Shown piece by piece: positions 41,451-51,305 of a stretch of DNA of 64,000 nucleotides. Both the position numbers and the translations under genes were made by a program. How positions within the stretch are numbered: the first letter of the stretch is position 1; every line of letters starts with the position of its first letter. Source of the stretch: Myxococcales bacterium (GTDB lineage: Bacteria > Myxococcota_A > Bradymonadia > REDH01). The stretch lies in the NCBI GenBank assembly GCA_947496715.1, contig CANMDT010000001.1, positions 1,203 through 65,202 of the forward strand, written 5' to 3'. The notes below the pieces were generated by a model that was not told the origin of the DNA, searched no databases, and was given only the letters and a program-made list of their open reading frames with translations.

Positions 41451-43967
41451 ATGCGCAATCTCACCATCCATAAGTTCGGCGGCACAAGCGTAGGCTCGGC
41501 AGAGCGACTCACCGCCGCCGCCGCCATCATCGCCGCCTCGCAGACCCCTGCGCTTGTCGTCACCTCTGCCATGAGCGGAACCACCGACGCCCTCCTGCGC
41601 GCCATCTTCGCCGCCGCCGACGGACGCGCAAATGAAGCCCGCGCCGAGGTGGGAAGCGTCACGCTCCGACACCTCGAAACGCTCACCGCCCTCAACGACG
41701 CCAGCGGTCAAACGGGCACCCGCATCGGCCTCCTCTGCGACGAACTCACCCACCTCATCGAGGCCATCGTCGCCCTTGGTGAAGCGAGCCCCCGCTCCAA
41801 GGACCGCATCGTTTCCGTCGGCGAAAAGCTCGCCGCCGAGCTCCTCACACACGCGCTCCAAAGCGCCGGCCGACAGGCCCTCCCCCTCAGCGCAGACACC
41901 TTCCTCGAAACCGACGCCCGCTTCACCCAGGCGAGCCCCATCCCCCACATCACCGCAGGCCGCATCCGCCGCGCCCTCACGCCCCACCTCGACGCAGGGC
42001 TCACCCCCGTCGTGACCGGCTTCATCGGCTGCTCCGCTGAGGGACACACCACCACGCTCGGACGCGGCGGCAGCGACTTCTCTGCCACCCTCATCGGTGC
42101 CGCGCTCGGAGCCGCCGACATCATCATCTGGACCGATGTCCCCGGCGTCTTCACCGCCAACCCCCGCATCGTCCCCGAAGCCCTCGCCATCCCCCAGCTC
42201 CACCACCGCGAGGCCGCCGAACTCTCCTTCTACGGCGCAAAAGTCCTCCACCAGCGCACCATCCAGCCCGTCAGCGGAACCGACGCCCGCGTCTGGATCA
42301 AGAGCTCCTTCGAGCCCCACCTCGAGGGCACCCTTGTCGACCGCAACCAGCTCATCGGCTCACACCCCGTAAAGGCCATCAGCGCCGTGCCCGGTCAGGC
42401 CATCGTCAACGTCGAGGGCCGCGGCATGGCCGGCGTCCCCGGCATCGCCGCACGCATCTTCGGCGCCCTCGCCCGCCACGAAATCAGCGTTACTCTCATC
42501 TGCCAGTCGAGCTCCGAAGCCTCCATCTGCTTCGCCATCCCAAGCGCTGAAGTCGCCTCCGCCGAGGCTGCGCTCAAGCAGGAGTTCCGCCTCGAACTCG
42601 CCGAAGGCTCTATCGACGACATCACCATCCTCCCCGACTGCGGCATCCTCGCCGTCGTCGGACTCGGCATGGCCCACACGACGGGCGTCGCGGCACGCGT
42701 CATGACCGCGCTCGCCAAGCAGGGCGTCAGCCTCATCGCCATCGCCCAGGCCTCCTCGGAGCTCAACATCTCCGTCGTCATCCGCGAGTCCGAAATCCCC
42801 GCCGCCACCCGCGCCCTCCACCGGGCCTTCGAACTCCACCGCCTCGACACCGGCAAAGACGCCGGCGGCCACCTCGACATCATCCTCTTCGGCGTCGGAA
42901 AAATCGCCCGCGCCCTCGTCGAGAACCTCGACCGCCACGCCCCCACCATCCGCGCTCGCTACGGCCTCATCCCCCGCCTCGTCGCCGTCGGCGACCGCTC
43001 CGGCTACCTCCTGCAGCCCTCCGGTCTCGACGCAACCAGCATCGCCGACCTCCTCCGCATCAAGGCAGCGGGCGGCCCCATCACCGACCTCGCCGGCGCC
43101 ACCGCCTCCACCGACCCACGCGACCTCCTCCGCGCGGCGCTCCGCTACCGCCTCTCCCACCCCACCCTCGTCGACCTCTCCGACGCCGCGGTCGCCGCCG
43201 ACCTCTACGACCTCGCCTTCGCCGAGGGCTGCGACGTCGTCACCGCCAACAAGAAGCCACTGGCCACACCGCCTGAGCGCTACAACGCCATGCGCCAGCT
43301 CCAGCAGACGGGTGCCCGCATCCTCCGCGCAGAGGCCACCGTCGGCGCAGGCCTCCCTGTCATCGACACCCTCGAGATGCTCATCGCCACCGGCGACCGC
43401 ATCCACCGCGTCGACGGCTCCCTCTCCGGAACCCTCGCCTTCCTCATGGAGCGCCTCGAGTCCGGCCAGCCCTTCTCCGAGGCCGTCCGCGACGCCGAGG
43501 CCGGCGGCTACACCGAACCCGACCCGGTCGCCGACCTCACAGGCGACGACGTGGTCCGCAAGGCCATCATCATCTCCCGCATCGGCGGCCTCTCACCGGG
43601 CCACATCGAGATCGAGCAGGAGGGCTGGGTCGACGGCTCCCTCGCAGGCCTCCCCCTCCCCCTCCTCCTCGAACGCCTCAAGGAGTTCGACGCCCCCATC
43701 GCTGCCCGCCTCGCGGCCGCACGCGAACGCGGCGAAGTCATCCGCTTCGTCGCCAGCGTCGAGCCCGGCCGCATCCGCGTCGGCCCGCAGTCGCTCCCCC
43801 TCGACGCCCCGCTCGCCCGCCTCGCCCGCACCGACAACATGATCGTCATCTCCTCCGAGCGCTACGACCAGCGCCCGCTCGTCGTCACCGGTCCCGGCGC
43901 CGGCGTCCAGGTCACCGCCATGGGCGTCCTCAGCGACATCCTCCGCATCATCGCCGAGCGAGGCTGA
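41451..43967 (+). CDS. thrA: Bifunctional aspartokinase/homoserine dehydrogenase
   Basis: HKFGGTSVG, TTLGRGGSD, two ACT domains, VTANKK, EATVGAGLP, GYTEPDP and GPGAG. Confidence 0.92.
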   Translation: MRNLTIHKFGGTSVGSAERLTAAAAIIAASQTPALVVTSAMSGTTDALLRAIFAAADGRANEARAEVGSVTLRHLETLTALNDASGQTGTRIGLLCDELTHLIEAIVALGEASPRSKDRIVSVGEKLAAELLTHALQSAGRQALPLSADTFLETDARFTQASPIPHITAGRIRRALTPHLDAGLTPVVTGFIGCSAEGHTTTLGRGGSDFSATLIGAALGAADIIIWTDVPGVFTANPRIVPEALAIPQLHHREAAELSFYGAKVLHQRTIQPVSGTDARVWIKSSFEPHLEGTLVDRNQLIGSHPVKAISAVPGQAIVNVEGRGMAGVPGIAARIFGALARHEISVTLICQSSSEASICFAIPSAEVASAEAALKQEFRLELAEGSIDDITILPDCGILAVVGLGMAHTTGVAARVMTALAKQGVSLIAIAQASSELNISVVIRESEIPAATRALHRAFELHRLDTGKDAGGHLDIILFGVGKIARALVENLDRHAPTIRARYGLIPRLVAVGDRSGYLLQPSGLDATSIADLLRIKAAGGPITDLAGATASTDPRDLLRAALRYRLSHPTLVDLSDAAVAADLYDLAFAEGCDVVTANKKPLATPPERYNAMRQLQQTGARILRAEATVGAGLPVIDTLEMLIATGDRIHRVDGSLSGTLAFLMERLESGQPFSEAVRDAEAGGYTEPDPVADLTGDDVVRKAIIISRIGGLSPGHIEIEQEGWVDGSLAGLPLPLLLERLKEFDAPIAARLAAARERGEVIRFVASVEPGRIRVGPQSLPLDAPLARLARTDNMIVISSERYDQRPLVVTGPGAGVQVTAMGVLSDILRIIAERG

Positions 43968-43969
43968 CC

Positions 43970-44914
43970 ATGCGCGCCGCCGCCCGCACCTGCTTCGCAC
44001 CCGCGACCGTCTCCAACCTCGGCCCCGGCTTCGACCTCCTCGGCCTCGCCATCGAGGGCATCGGCGATACCGTCACCGCCCGCCTCACCGCAGACCCCGG
44101 CGTCACCGTCGAGCGCATCTTCGGCGACAACGGACGCCTCTCGCTCCTGCCCGCCGAAAACACCGCCGCCATCGCGGCCACCAGCACCCTCCGGCTCGCA
44201 CACCGCACCGAAGGCATCGCCCTCACCATCCACAAGGGCATGCCCCTCGGCTCCGGCCTCGGCTCCTCCGCAGCCAGCGCCGCGGCCGCCGCACTCGCGG
44301 TCAACCTGCTGCTCGGCTCCCCCCTCAAGCGCTCCGAACTCGTCGCAGCCGTCCTCGACGCAGAAGAGGCCGTCTCCGGTCGCCACGCCGACAACGCCGC
44401 CCCCGCCCTCCTCGGCGGCCTCGTCCTCGTCCGCTCCCTCGACCCCATCGACATCCTCCGACTCCCCATCCCCCCAGACCTCTTCGTCGCCGTCGTGACC
44501 CCGGACTGCGAGGTCTCCACCCGCGCCGCGCGCGAGCTCCTGCCCAAGCAGATCCCCCTCCGCGCCCGCACCGAGAACGCAGCCAACATCGCCTCCTTCG
44601 TCGCCGCCTGTTACACCCGCGACCTCGGCCTCCTCGCGGCCTCCATCGTCGACCCTGTCGTCACCACGCCGCGACTCGGCCTCATCCCCGGTGGCGCAGC
44701 CGCCCTCGACGCAGCGCAGGCCGCAGGCGCCCTCGCCAGCTCCATCAGCGGCTCAGGCCCCTCCCTCTTCGCCCTCTGCCACACCCGCGCCACCGCGCAG
44801 CGCGCCGCCGCCGCCATGGTCGCCGCCTTCGCTGCTCACAACCTCGCAGCAAAGCCCGTCATCTCTCCCGCCGACGGCCGCGGCGCGCGCGAAGTGCAGG
44901 ACCCGCTCGCATGA
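43970..44914 (+). CDS. thrB: Homoserine kinase
   Basis: PATVSNLGPGFD, PLGSGLGSSAAS, HADN and SISGSGPS. Confidence 0.93.
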   Translation: MRAAARTCFAPATVSNLGPGFDLLGLAIEGIGDTVTARLTADPGVTVERIFGDNGRLSLLPAENTAAIAATSTLRLAHRTEGIALTIHKGMPLGSGLGSSAASAAAAALAVNLLLGSPLKRSELVAAVLDAEEAVSGRHADNAAPALLGGLVLVRSLDPIDILRLPIPPDLFVAVVTPDCEVSTRAARELLPKQIPLRARTENAANIASFVAACYTRDLGLLAASIVDPVVTTPRLGLIPGGAAALDAAQAAGALASSISGSGPSLFALCHTRATAQRAAAAMVAAFAAHNLAAKPVISPADGRGAREVQDPLA

Positions 44915-46248
44915 ACCAGCCCATCCCCGACGCCCCCTGGCTCCTCCGCTGTGTCGGCTGCGCTGCCACCTACCCCGCCCTCGAGGTCCGCTTCTTCTGT
45001 GGCTGCGGCTCCCTCCTCGAGGTCGAGCACACCCACACCCGCGAACTCCTCGACGAGGCCCTCGCGCCCCACCGCCACGCCCCCAACCGGCAGCCCACCT
45101 CGGTCACAGACCTGTTCGATCTGCGCCGCGCCTCCAACGCTGCGATCGACCGCTCCGGCGTCTGGCGCTTCCGCGAACTCCTCCTCCCCCTCGCCGCCGA
45201 ACACATCGTCACCAAGCCTGAGGGCAACACCAACCTCTACTGCGACGCCCGCCTCTCTGCCTACACTGGCGTCCACAACCTGGTCGTCAAACACGAGGGC
45301 GAAAACCCCACCGGCTCCTTCAAAGACCGCGGCATGACCGCCGGCATCTCCGTCGCCAAGCGGCTCGGCATGAAGGCCGTCGCCTGCGCCTCCACCGGCA
45401 ACACCTCCGCCGCCATGGCCTCCTACGCCGCCCAGGCCGGCATGCGCGCCTTCGTCTTCATCCCCGCCGGCAAAATCGCCTTCGGAAAGCTGGCCCAAGC
45501 CCTCGCCTACGGCGCAACCACCCTCCAGATCGACGGCGACTTCGACGCCGCCATGGAGCTCGTCCAGCAGGTCTGCACCAGCGAGGGTATCTACCTCCTC
45601 AACTCCGCCAACCCCTTCCGCATCGAGGGCCAGAAGGCCATCGGCTTCGAGCTCCTCCAAGACCTCGGCTGGACCGTCCCCGACTGGGTCATCCTCCCCG
45701 GCGGAAACCTCGGCAACGCCAGCGCACTCTTCAAGGGCCTCTCCCAACTCAAGGCGCTCGGCCTCATCAGCCGGCTGCCCCGCATCGCGGTCATCCAGGC
45801 CGAAGGCGCCAGCCCCCTCGCCCGCTCCTTCCTCAACAAGACCCCCTACGCGCCCCAACCCAACGCCAATACCATCGCCACCGCCATCCGCATCGGCGCA
45901 CCCGTCTCCATCCAGAAGTGCCAGCGCGCCATCGCAGAGACCGACGGCTGGGCCGACCTCGTCACCGACGCAGAAATCCTCGACGCCAAGGCCGTCCTCG
46001 ACGCCTCCGGCATCGGCGCAGAACCTGCCTCCTGCGCCTCCATCGCCGGACTCCGCAAGCTCGTCGCAAAGGGCATCATCAAGCCCGGAGAGTCGGTCGC
46101 TGCCATCCTCACAGGACACCTCCTCAAAGACCCCGACGCAGTCGTCGACTACCACGCTGCAGAACCCTCCCCAGACCGCCCCAGAGCCAACCGCCCCATC
46201 CGCGTCCAAGGCTCCCTCGACGAGGTCATCGCACTCCTCCGCAAATAG
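44911..46248 (+). CDS. thrC: Threonine synthase
   Basis: EGENPTGSFKDRG, CASTGNT and PGGNLGN; follows thrB with ATGA overlap. Confidence 0.92.
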   Translation: MNQPIPDAPWLLRCVGCAATYPALEVRFFCGCGSLLEVEHTHTRELLDEALAPHRHAPNRQPTSVTDLFDLRRASNAAIDRSGVWRFRELLLPLAAEHIVTKPEGNTNLYCDARLSAYTGVHNLVVKHEGENPTGSFKDRGMTAGISVAKRLGMKAVACASTGNTSAAMASYAAQAGMRAFVFIPAGKIAFGKLAQALAYGATTLQIDGDFDAAMELVQQVCTSEGIYLLNSANPFRIEGQKAIGFELLQDLGWTVPDWVILPGGNLGNASALFKGLSQLKALGLISRLPRIAVIQAEGASPLARSFLNKTPYAPQPNANTIATAIRIGAPVSIQKCQRAIAETDGWADLVTDAEILDAKAVLDASGIGAEPASCASIAGLRKLVAKGIIKPGESVAAILTGHLLKDPDAVVDYHAAEPSPDRPRANRPIRVQGSLDEVIALLRK

Positions 46249-46339
46249 CCCCCGTCGCCGCTCACCCGCTTGCGTCTCGCCCAAAATCCGTTAGGCAAGA
46301 GACCCTCAAATCGTACCGCCTTTCAACCGCAGGCAGACC

Positions 46340-46504
46340 ATGTCCGAGCAAGAATCCTCCGAGCGAAAGCCGGTCCTCAACGACTCCGCGCTCCTCTTCG
46401 CAGCCGTCTGGTTCGGACTCCCCACCGTCCTCCTCCTCGTCGGCGAATACTTCGGCGTCCCGGGCATGGTCAATCACTGGGTCAATCAGCTCATCGGCGG
46501 CTGA
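46340..46504 (+). CDS. Small (54 aa) predicted membrane protein upstream of ffh
   Basis: MSEQESSERKPVLNDSALLFAAVWFGLPTVLLLVGEYFGVPGMVNHWVNQLIGG*; one TM segment; below the ORF-track cutoff. Confidence 0.55.
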   Translation: MSEQESSERKPVLNDSALLFAAVWFGLPTVLLLVGEYFGVPGMVNHWVNQLIGG

Positions 46505-46561
46505 GTCGCGTCGCTCGCCACCTCCGCGAGCCGCCACACGATTTGAGTTAAGGCAACGCAA

Positions 46562-48256
46562 ATGGCCATGTTCGATGCCGTTCGAAAGGGTTTCAAGAAC
46601 GCCGTCCATGTCTTCGAAGGAAAGCGAGAGCTGACCGAAGAGAACATCGAAGAGGCCCTCAAGGCCATTCGCCTCTCCCTCTTTGAAGCCGATGTGAACT
46701 TCCAGGTCGTCAAGCGATTCCTCGCTGCCGTCAAAGAGAAGGCCCTCGGCGAGATCGTTCAGATCCGCATCAAGGACGGCGGCAAGACCCTCCGCGCCTC
46801 GCCCGGCGACGTCTTCATCAAGATCTGCCACGATGAACTCGAGGCCCTCATGGGCCCCGTCGACACCGGCCTCACCTTTGTCCAAGGCCGCCTCGGACCC
46901 ACCGTCATCATGATGGTCGGACTCCAAGGCGCCGGCAAAACCACCACCGCCGGCAAGCTCGCCCGCTTCGTCGAACGCCACCACCAGAAGAAGCCCCTCC
47001 TCGTCGCCGCAGACGTCTACCGTCCCGCCGCCATCGAGCAGCTTCAGGTCCTCGGCAAACGCCTCAACATCCCCGTCTATGCCGAGCCAGGTGGCAACCC
47101 GCCCGACATCGCCGAGCGCGCAGTCGCCCAAGCCAAGGCCGACGGCAACGACGTCGTCATCATCGACACCGCGGGCCGACTTGCCGTCGACGACCTCCTC
47201 ATGTCCGAGCTCGAAGAGATCGTTGCACGCGTCAAGCCGCACAACATCCTCCTCGTCGTCGACGCCATGATCGGCCAGGACGCGGTCAACACCGCCAAGG
47301 AGTTCAACGACCGCATCGAACTCGACGGCTTCATCATGACCAAGCTCGATGGCGACGCACGCGGTGGCGCGGCGCTCTCCATCAAAGAGGTCACCAAAAA
47401 GCCCATCAAGTTCATCGGCCTCGGCGAGGGCATGGAGACCCTCCAGGAGTTCCAGCCCGCAGGCTTCGCCGACCGCATCCTCGGCATGGGCGACATCCGT
47501 TCGCTCGTCAGCCGCATCGAGAATGTCGTCACCGAAGACGAGATGAAGTCTCGCGAGTCCGACGCCGCACGCATGATGTCCGGCCAGTTCGACCTCAACG
47601 ACTTCCTCTCCCAGATCCGCATGATCAAGAAGATGGGCTCCCTCGGCGAGATCGTCGAGATGATGCCCTTCGCCAGCGCGCTCCCCGAAGGCTTCTCCGT
47701 CGACGACAACGAGCTCGTCCGCATCGAAGCGCTCATCCAGTCCATGACCCCCGACGAGCGCCGCAACCCCACCCTCGTAGGCAACCAGGTCACCCGCCAG
47801 CGACGCATCGCCAAGGGCTCCGGCCGCAAGCTCGAAGAGGTCACCGACCTCGTCCAGCGCTTCAACATGATGAAGCAGGTCATGGGCGCCCTCTCTGGAA
47901 ATACCGGCGGCTTCCTCAGCCAGATCCCCGGCTTCAAGCAGCTCAGCGCTCTCAAGAACCTCAAGAACCTCGACATGGGCAGCCTCCTCGGCGGCATGGG
48001 CGGAAAGGGCCCCGGCGGCTTCCCCGGCATGGGCGGCTTCCCCGGCATGGGCGGCGGCGGAATGCCAAACATGGCCAGCCTCGAACAGATGTTCGCTGGC
48101 ATGCAGCAGCCCCAGCAGCCCAAACTCCCCAAGGGCTTCAACATGCCCGGCGTCCGTGCCGTCTCCGAGGCCGAGGCCAACCGCGGAAACGCCGAGTTCG
48201 AGCGCGAAAAGCGCCGCAAGCTCGCCGCCAAACTCGCCAAAAAGAAGAACCGCTAG
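46562..48256 (+). CDS. ffh: Signal recognition particle protein Ffh
   Basis: GLQGAGKTT, DVYRPAA, DTAGR, TKLDGDARGG and M-domain with RRIAKGSG. Confidence 0.95.
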   Translation: MAMFDAVRKGFKNAVHVFEGKRELTEENIEEALKAIRLSLFEADVNFQVVKRFLAAVKEKALGEIVQIRIKDGGKTLRASPGDVFIKICHDELEALMGPVDTGLTFVQGRLGPTVIMMVGLQGAGKTTTAGKLARFVERHHQKKPLLVAADVYRPAAIEQLQVLGKRLNIPVYAEPGGNPPDIAERAVAQAKADGNDVVIIDTAGRLAVDDLLMSELEEIVARVKPHNILLVVDAMIGQDAVNTAKEFNDRIELDGFIMTKLDGDARGGAALSIKEVTKKPIKFIGLGEGMETLQEFQPAGFADRILGMGDIRSLVSRIENVVTEDEMKSRESDAARMMSGQFDLNDFLSQIRMIKKMGSLGEIVEMMPFASALPEGFSVDDNELVRIEALIQSMTPDERRNPTLVGNQVTRQRRIAKGSGRKLEEVTDLVQRFNMMKQVMGALSGNTGGFLSQIPGFKQLSALKNLKNLDMGSLLGGMGGKGPGGFPGMGGFPGMGGGGMPNMASLEQMFAGMQQPQQPKLPKGFNMPGVRAVSEAEANRGNAEFEREKRRKLAAKLAKKKNR

Positions 48257-49015
48257 ATGGAGCCCCACGCGCCGGCCGCAAACGCCTGGCCCGTGCACTG
48301 CACCGTTCACCCCGGCCGCAGCGCTGCCGCCTTCTGCACCGTCTGCAAGCACTCCTTCGCAGGCCTCTTCCTCGCGGTCCGGCCCGACGGCCGCGCCATC
48401 TGCCACACTTGCGCCCGCGAGCAGGGGGGCATGCTCTACGCAGACGCCACCCGCACCAACCACGACCCCCTCGCCTCGCGAGGCATGATCTCGGTGCTGG
48501 GAGCCCTCCTCCTACGACCCTCCGACGCGCTCGTCTCCCGCTTCTCCGGCGCCGGCGCCCCCGCGCTCGGCATGAGCTTTGTCGCCTCCCTCATCGGATA
48601 CGCCTCCTGGGTCTTCTGGATTCTCCTTCTCGTCCGGGAGCAGATCCTCACCCTCGCGCAGCAGCGACTCGGCACTGCGATCGAAGAAGACCTCCTCGTC
48701 ACAGGGCTCTGGCTCAGCGTCCCCATCCTCGCATTCATCCGCACCGCGGTTGCGCCGATCCTCGTCCATATCGGCGCCCGCCTCGCAGGCGCCCCCGAGG
48801 ACTCCCTCCGCGCCAACGTCCGCGCTACCGCCCTCTCCTCCGTCTCGCTCCTGCTCGTCGCCATCCCGGCCCTCGGCGCCTTCCTCGCGCTCATCGTCGG
48901 TGTCCGCGCGATGCTCCACTTCCTGCGCGCCAAGTATGACTTCTCCTACCCGCGCGCGATCCTCGCCCTGCTCCCCTTCCTGCTGCTCTACCTGCTCATC
49001 GGCCCGCTCGGCTGA
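48257..49015 (+). CDS. B-box-like zinc finger plus Yip1-like membrane protein
   Basis: CTVHP..AAAFCTVC...CHTC N-terminus followed by about 5 TM segments. Confidence 0.55.
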   Translation: MEPHAPAANAWPVHCTVHPGRSAAAFCTVCKHSFAGLFLAVRPDGRAICHTCAREQGGMLYADATRTNHDPLASRGMISVLGALLLRPSDALVSRFSGAGAPALGMSFVASLIGYASWVFWILLLVREQILTLAQQRLGTAIEEDLLVTGLWLSVPILAFIRTAVAPILVHIGARLAGAPEDSLRANVRATALSSVSLLLVAIPALGAFLALIVGVRAMLHFLRAKYDFSYPRAILALLPFLLLYLLIGPLG

Positions 49016-49022
49016 CGAGAGG

Positions 49023-50237
49023 TTAGCGCACCCGGAAGAGTACCGCTGAGAGATACCGGCACTCCGGCATCGCAGCCACGTAGGGGTGATCGCCGGCATG
49101 GCCGCGCACGCCAACCACATCCACCCGACGCCCAAGCCGCACAGCCGCATCGCCGGCCGAGTTCAGGATGGAACCCTCGCCCAGCACCGAACTGCAGGAG
49201 CTGACAAGCACCAGCCCGTCGGGCGCTGCCACGCGGAAGGCCTCCACACAGAGCGAGGTCTGCTTCCCCTCGCCTGCCTCTGCGGAGTTCCGATCGGGCG
49301 CCAGCTTCGGCGGGTCGAGCGAGATCAGATCAAACCGATCGCCCTTGTCGAATGCGCGCCGCAGCCGGTTCTCCACCTTGTCGCTCACCCACTCTGTCCG
49401 CTCCGACAGGCCGTTCTCCGCCGCGTTCCGGCGCGCCGCAGCGACAGCACCCTCGGAGCTATCCACACCGAGCACAGACAAGGCCCCTGCGCGGGCCGCA
49501 GCGAGCCCGAACCCCCCCGAGAAGCAGAAGGCATCGAACACTCGAGCACCCTTCGCCAACTCGGCAAACCAGGCCCGGTTCTCCCGCTGATCGCAGTAGT
49601 GGCCCGTCTTCTGCTGGCTCCGCGGCGACCAGATGTAGCGAAGCCCGAGCTCGTGCACCCAGAGCTCCTCCGGCGCCTCACCAAAGGCCGCCTCGTCCAC
49701 CGCCGCATAGCCCTCGCGCTCCGCAAAGGTCGCATCGTTCCGGTGCCAGAGCCATGCCAGCCCGGCCTCCTTTCGGAGCGCCTCCACGATGCAACCCAGG
49801 TAGGGCGTCAGCACCGCGCTCGACAGATGCATGAGCGCCCCGTCGCCGTAGCGATCCACCGACAACCCCGGCAGCCCATCGCCGTCAGCATTCACCAGCC
49901 GGTAGCTATCCGTCGCAGCCGACGGCAGCCCGAGCCTCCGCCGCAGCGCAACGGCCGATGCCACCCGCTCCTGCCAGAAGGCATCGGGCAGCGTCGCTTC
50001 CTCAAAGGGCCACACGGGCCCGATCCCCAGGAGCCGAATCCGCAGCGCCGATCGCGGACTCCAGAGACCAAAGTCGAGCACCTGGTCCCGCGAGTCGCGG
50101 AGCTCGACCACGCTGCCGGCCGCCAGCCCCTCGAGCTGATGCGCGAGCGCGCCGGAGAAGACCCAACGGTGGCCTGCCCAGAAGGGGCGAGCCTTGCGAT
50201 CTGCCAGAACGGCAACGGGACCCGAGAACTGTGCCAT
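49023..50237 (-). CDS. rlmI: 23S rRNA m5C1962 methyltransferase RlmI-like
   Basis: GHRWVFSG PUA region, RLVNADGDGLPGL, QKTGHYCDQRENR, FCFSGGF, LDPP and YL. Confidence 0.8.
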   Translation of the reverse strand: MAQFSGPVAVLADRKARPFWAGHRWVFSGALAHQLEGLAAGSVVELRDSRDQVLDFGLWSPRSALRIRLLGIGPVWPFEEATLPDAFWQERVASAVALRRRLGLPSAATDSYRLVNADGDGLPGLSVDRYGDGALMHLSSAVLTPYLGCIVEALRKEAGLAWLWHRNDATFAEREGYAAVDEAAFGEAPEELWVHELGLRYIWSPRSQQKTGHYCDQRENRAWFAELAKGARVFDAFCFSGGFGLAAARAGALSVLGVDSSEGAVAAARRNAAENGLSERTEWVSDKVENRLRRAFDKGDRFDLISLDPPKLAPDRNSAEAGEGKQTSLCVEAFRVAAPDGLVLVSSCSSVLGEGSILNSAGDAAVRLGRRVDVVGVRGHAGDHPYVAAMPECRYLSAVLFRVR

Positions 50238-50253
50238 GCGTGAGGCTCCAACG

Positions 50254-50284
50254 AAAAAGGCGGCCCCCGAAAGAGGTCCGCCTT
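50254..50284 (-). terminator. Rho-independent terminator of rplM-rpsI
   Basis: Minus strand AAGGCGGACCTC-TTTC-GGGGGCCGCCTT hairpin followed by a U tract, 40 nt after the rpsI stop. Confidence 0.75.
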
Positions 50285-50324
50285 GACGATCCAGACCTCC
50301 AGAAGAGGTCGATGGAAGAGGTGA

Positions 50325-50720
50325 TTAGCGCTTCGAGTACTGGAAGCGACGACGAGCAGCCATGCGACCGTACTTCTTACGCTCCTTGCCACGGGAGTCG
50401 CGGGTGAGGCAACCGGTCGGCTTGAGGGTGGCGCGAAGCTCAGCGTCGAACTCGAGGAGAGCGCGCGAGATGCCGTGACGGATGGCGCCGGCCTGACCCG
50501 ACTTTCCACCGCCAACAACCTTGGCGAAAACATCGAACTTGCCGAGCATGTCGACGAACTCGAGGGGCTGCTTGAGCAGCATCACAGAGGTCGGACGACG
50601 GAAGTAGTCGTCAACGGACTCACGGTTGACAACGATCACGCCCGTGCCGGGCTTGAGGGTGACGCGAGCGGATGCGGTCTTGCGGCGGCCAACGGCGCGC
50701 CATGAAGTCGAAGCTGCCAT
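50325..50720 (-). CDS. rpsI: 30S ribosomal protein S9
   Basis: [24 protein letters not shown] and C-terminal QYSKR. Confidence 0.97.
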   Translation of the reverse strand: MAASTSWRAVGRRKTASARVTLKPGTGVIVVNRESVDDYFRRPTSVMLLKQPLEFVDMLGKFDVFAKVVGGGKSGQAGAIRHGISRALLEFDAELRATLKPTGCLTRDSRGKERKKYGRMAARRRFQYSKR

Positions 50721-50746
50721 CAAGGGCTCCAGGTCAGATTGCTCTA

Positions 50747-51187
50747 TTAAGCGTTGGTAGAAAGTTGGAACGGCGTCGGGTTCTGCGCCTGATGCGGATG
50801 ATCAGGGCCAGCATAGACCTTGAGCTTGCCAAGCACCTGACGACCCAGCGGGTTCTTCGGGAGCATGCCCTGAACCGCGTTCTGGAAGATCCGCTCAGGG
50901 TGCTTGATAAGAAGATCGCGTGCAGCAACCTCACGAAGACCGCCCGGGTACTGCGTGTGGTGACGGTACAGCTTGTCCTTCCACTTCGCGCCGGTCAGAA
51001 CCACCTTGTCGGCGTTGATCGCCACGACAAAATCGCCCGTGTCTGCGTTCGGCGTGAAAGACGGCTTCGTCTTGCCACGCAGAATCATCGCAACCTGCGC
51101 CGCTGCGCGACCAACCGTCGCTCCGGCCAGATCAACCAGAATCCACTGGCGATCCGCTTCCTCTCGAGTGATGTACAGAGTTCTCAT
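50747..51187 (-). CDS. rplM: 50S ribosomal protein L13
   Basis: LRGKTKP, DTGDFV, HTQYPGG, GMLPKN and LKVYAG. Confidence 0.97.
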   Translation of the reverse strand: MRTLYITREEADRQWILVDLAGATVGRAAAQVAMILRGKTKPSFTPNADTGDFVVAINADKVVLTGAKWKDKLYRHHTQYPGGLREVAARDLLIKHPERIFQNAVQGMLPKNPLGRQVLGKLKVYAGPDHPHQAQNPTPFQLSTNA

Positions 51188-51262
51188 CGTGCGCCCATAC
51201 CTTCGATGGTCAGTCCCGCACCGAACGACTTCAAGACCGAAGTTCGGGGTGTGGGGGGAGGC

Positions 51263-51292
51263 GAACTAGGCGATTTGACCGCTCGATGTCAA
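51263..51292 (-). promoter_or_regulatory. sigma70-type promoter of rplM-rpsI
   Basis: Minus strand TTGACA-N18-TAGTTC about 75 nt upstream of rplM. Confidence 0.55.
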
Positions 51293-51305
51293 GTCCCCAA
51301 CGCCC

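Noticed and set aside
41428-41493. thrL-like attenuator peptide (MRFILRISCAISPSISSAAQA)
   Set aside because: No Thr codons, overlaps the thrA start, and no terminator hairpin
46262-48463. 733-aa minus-strand ORF, and similar long antisense ORFs such as 27122..28756, 54044..56548 and 59254..60912
   Set aside because: Antisense shadows of well-supported genes, expected at this GC content
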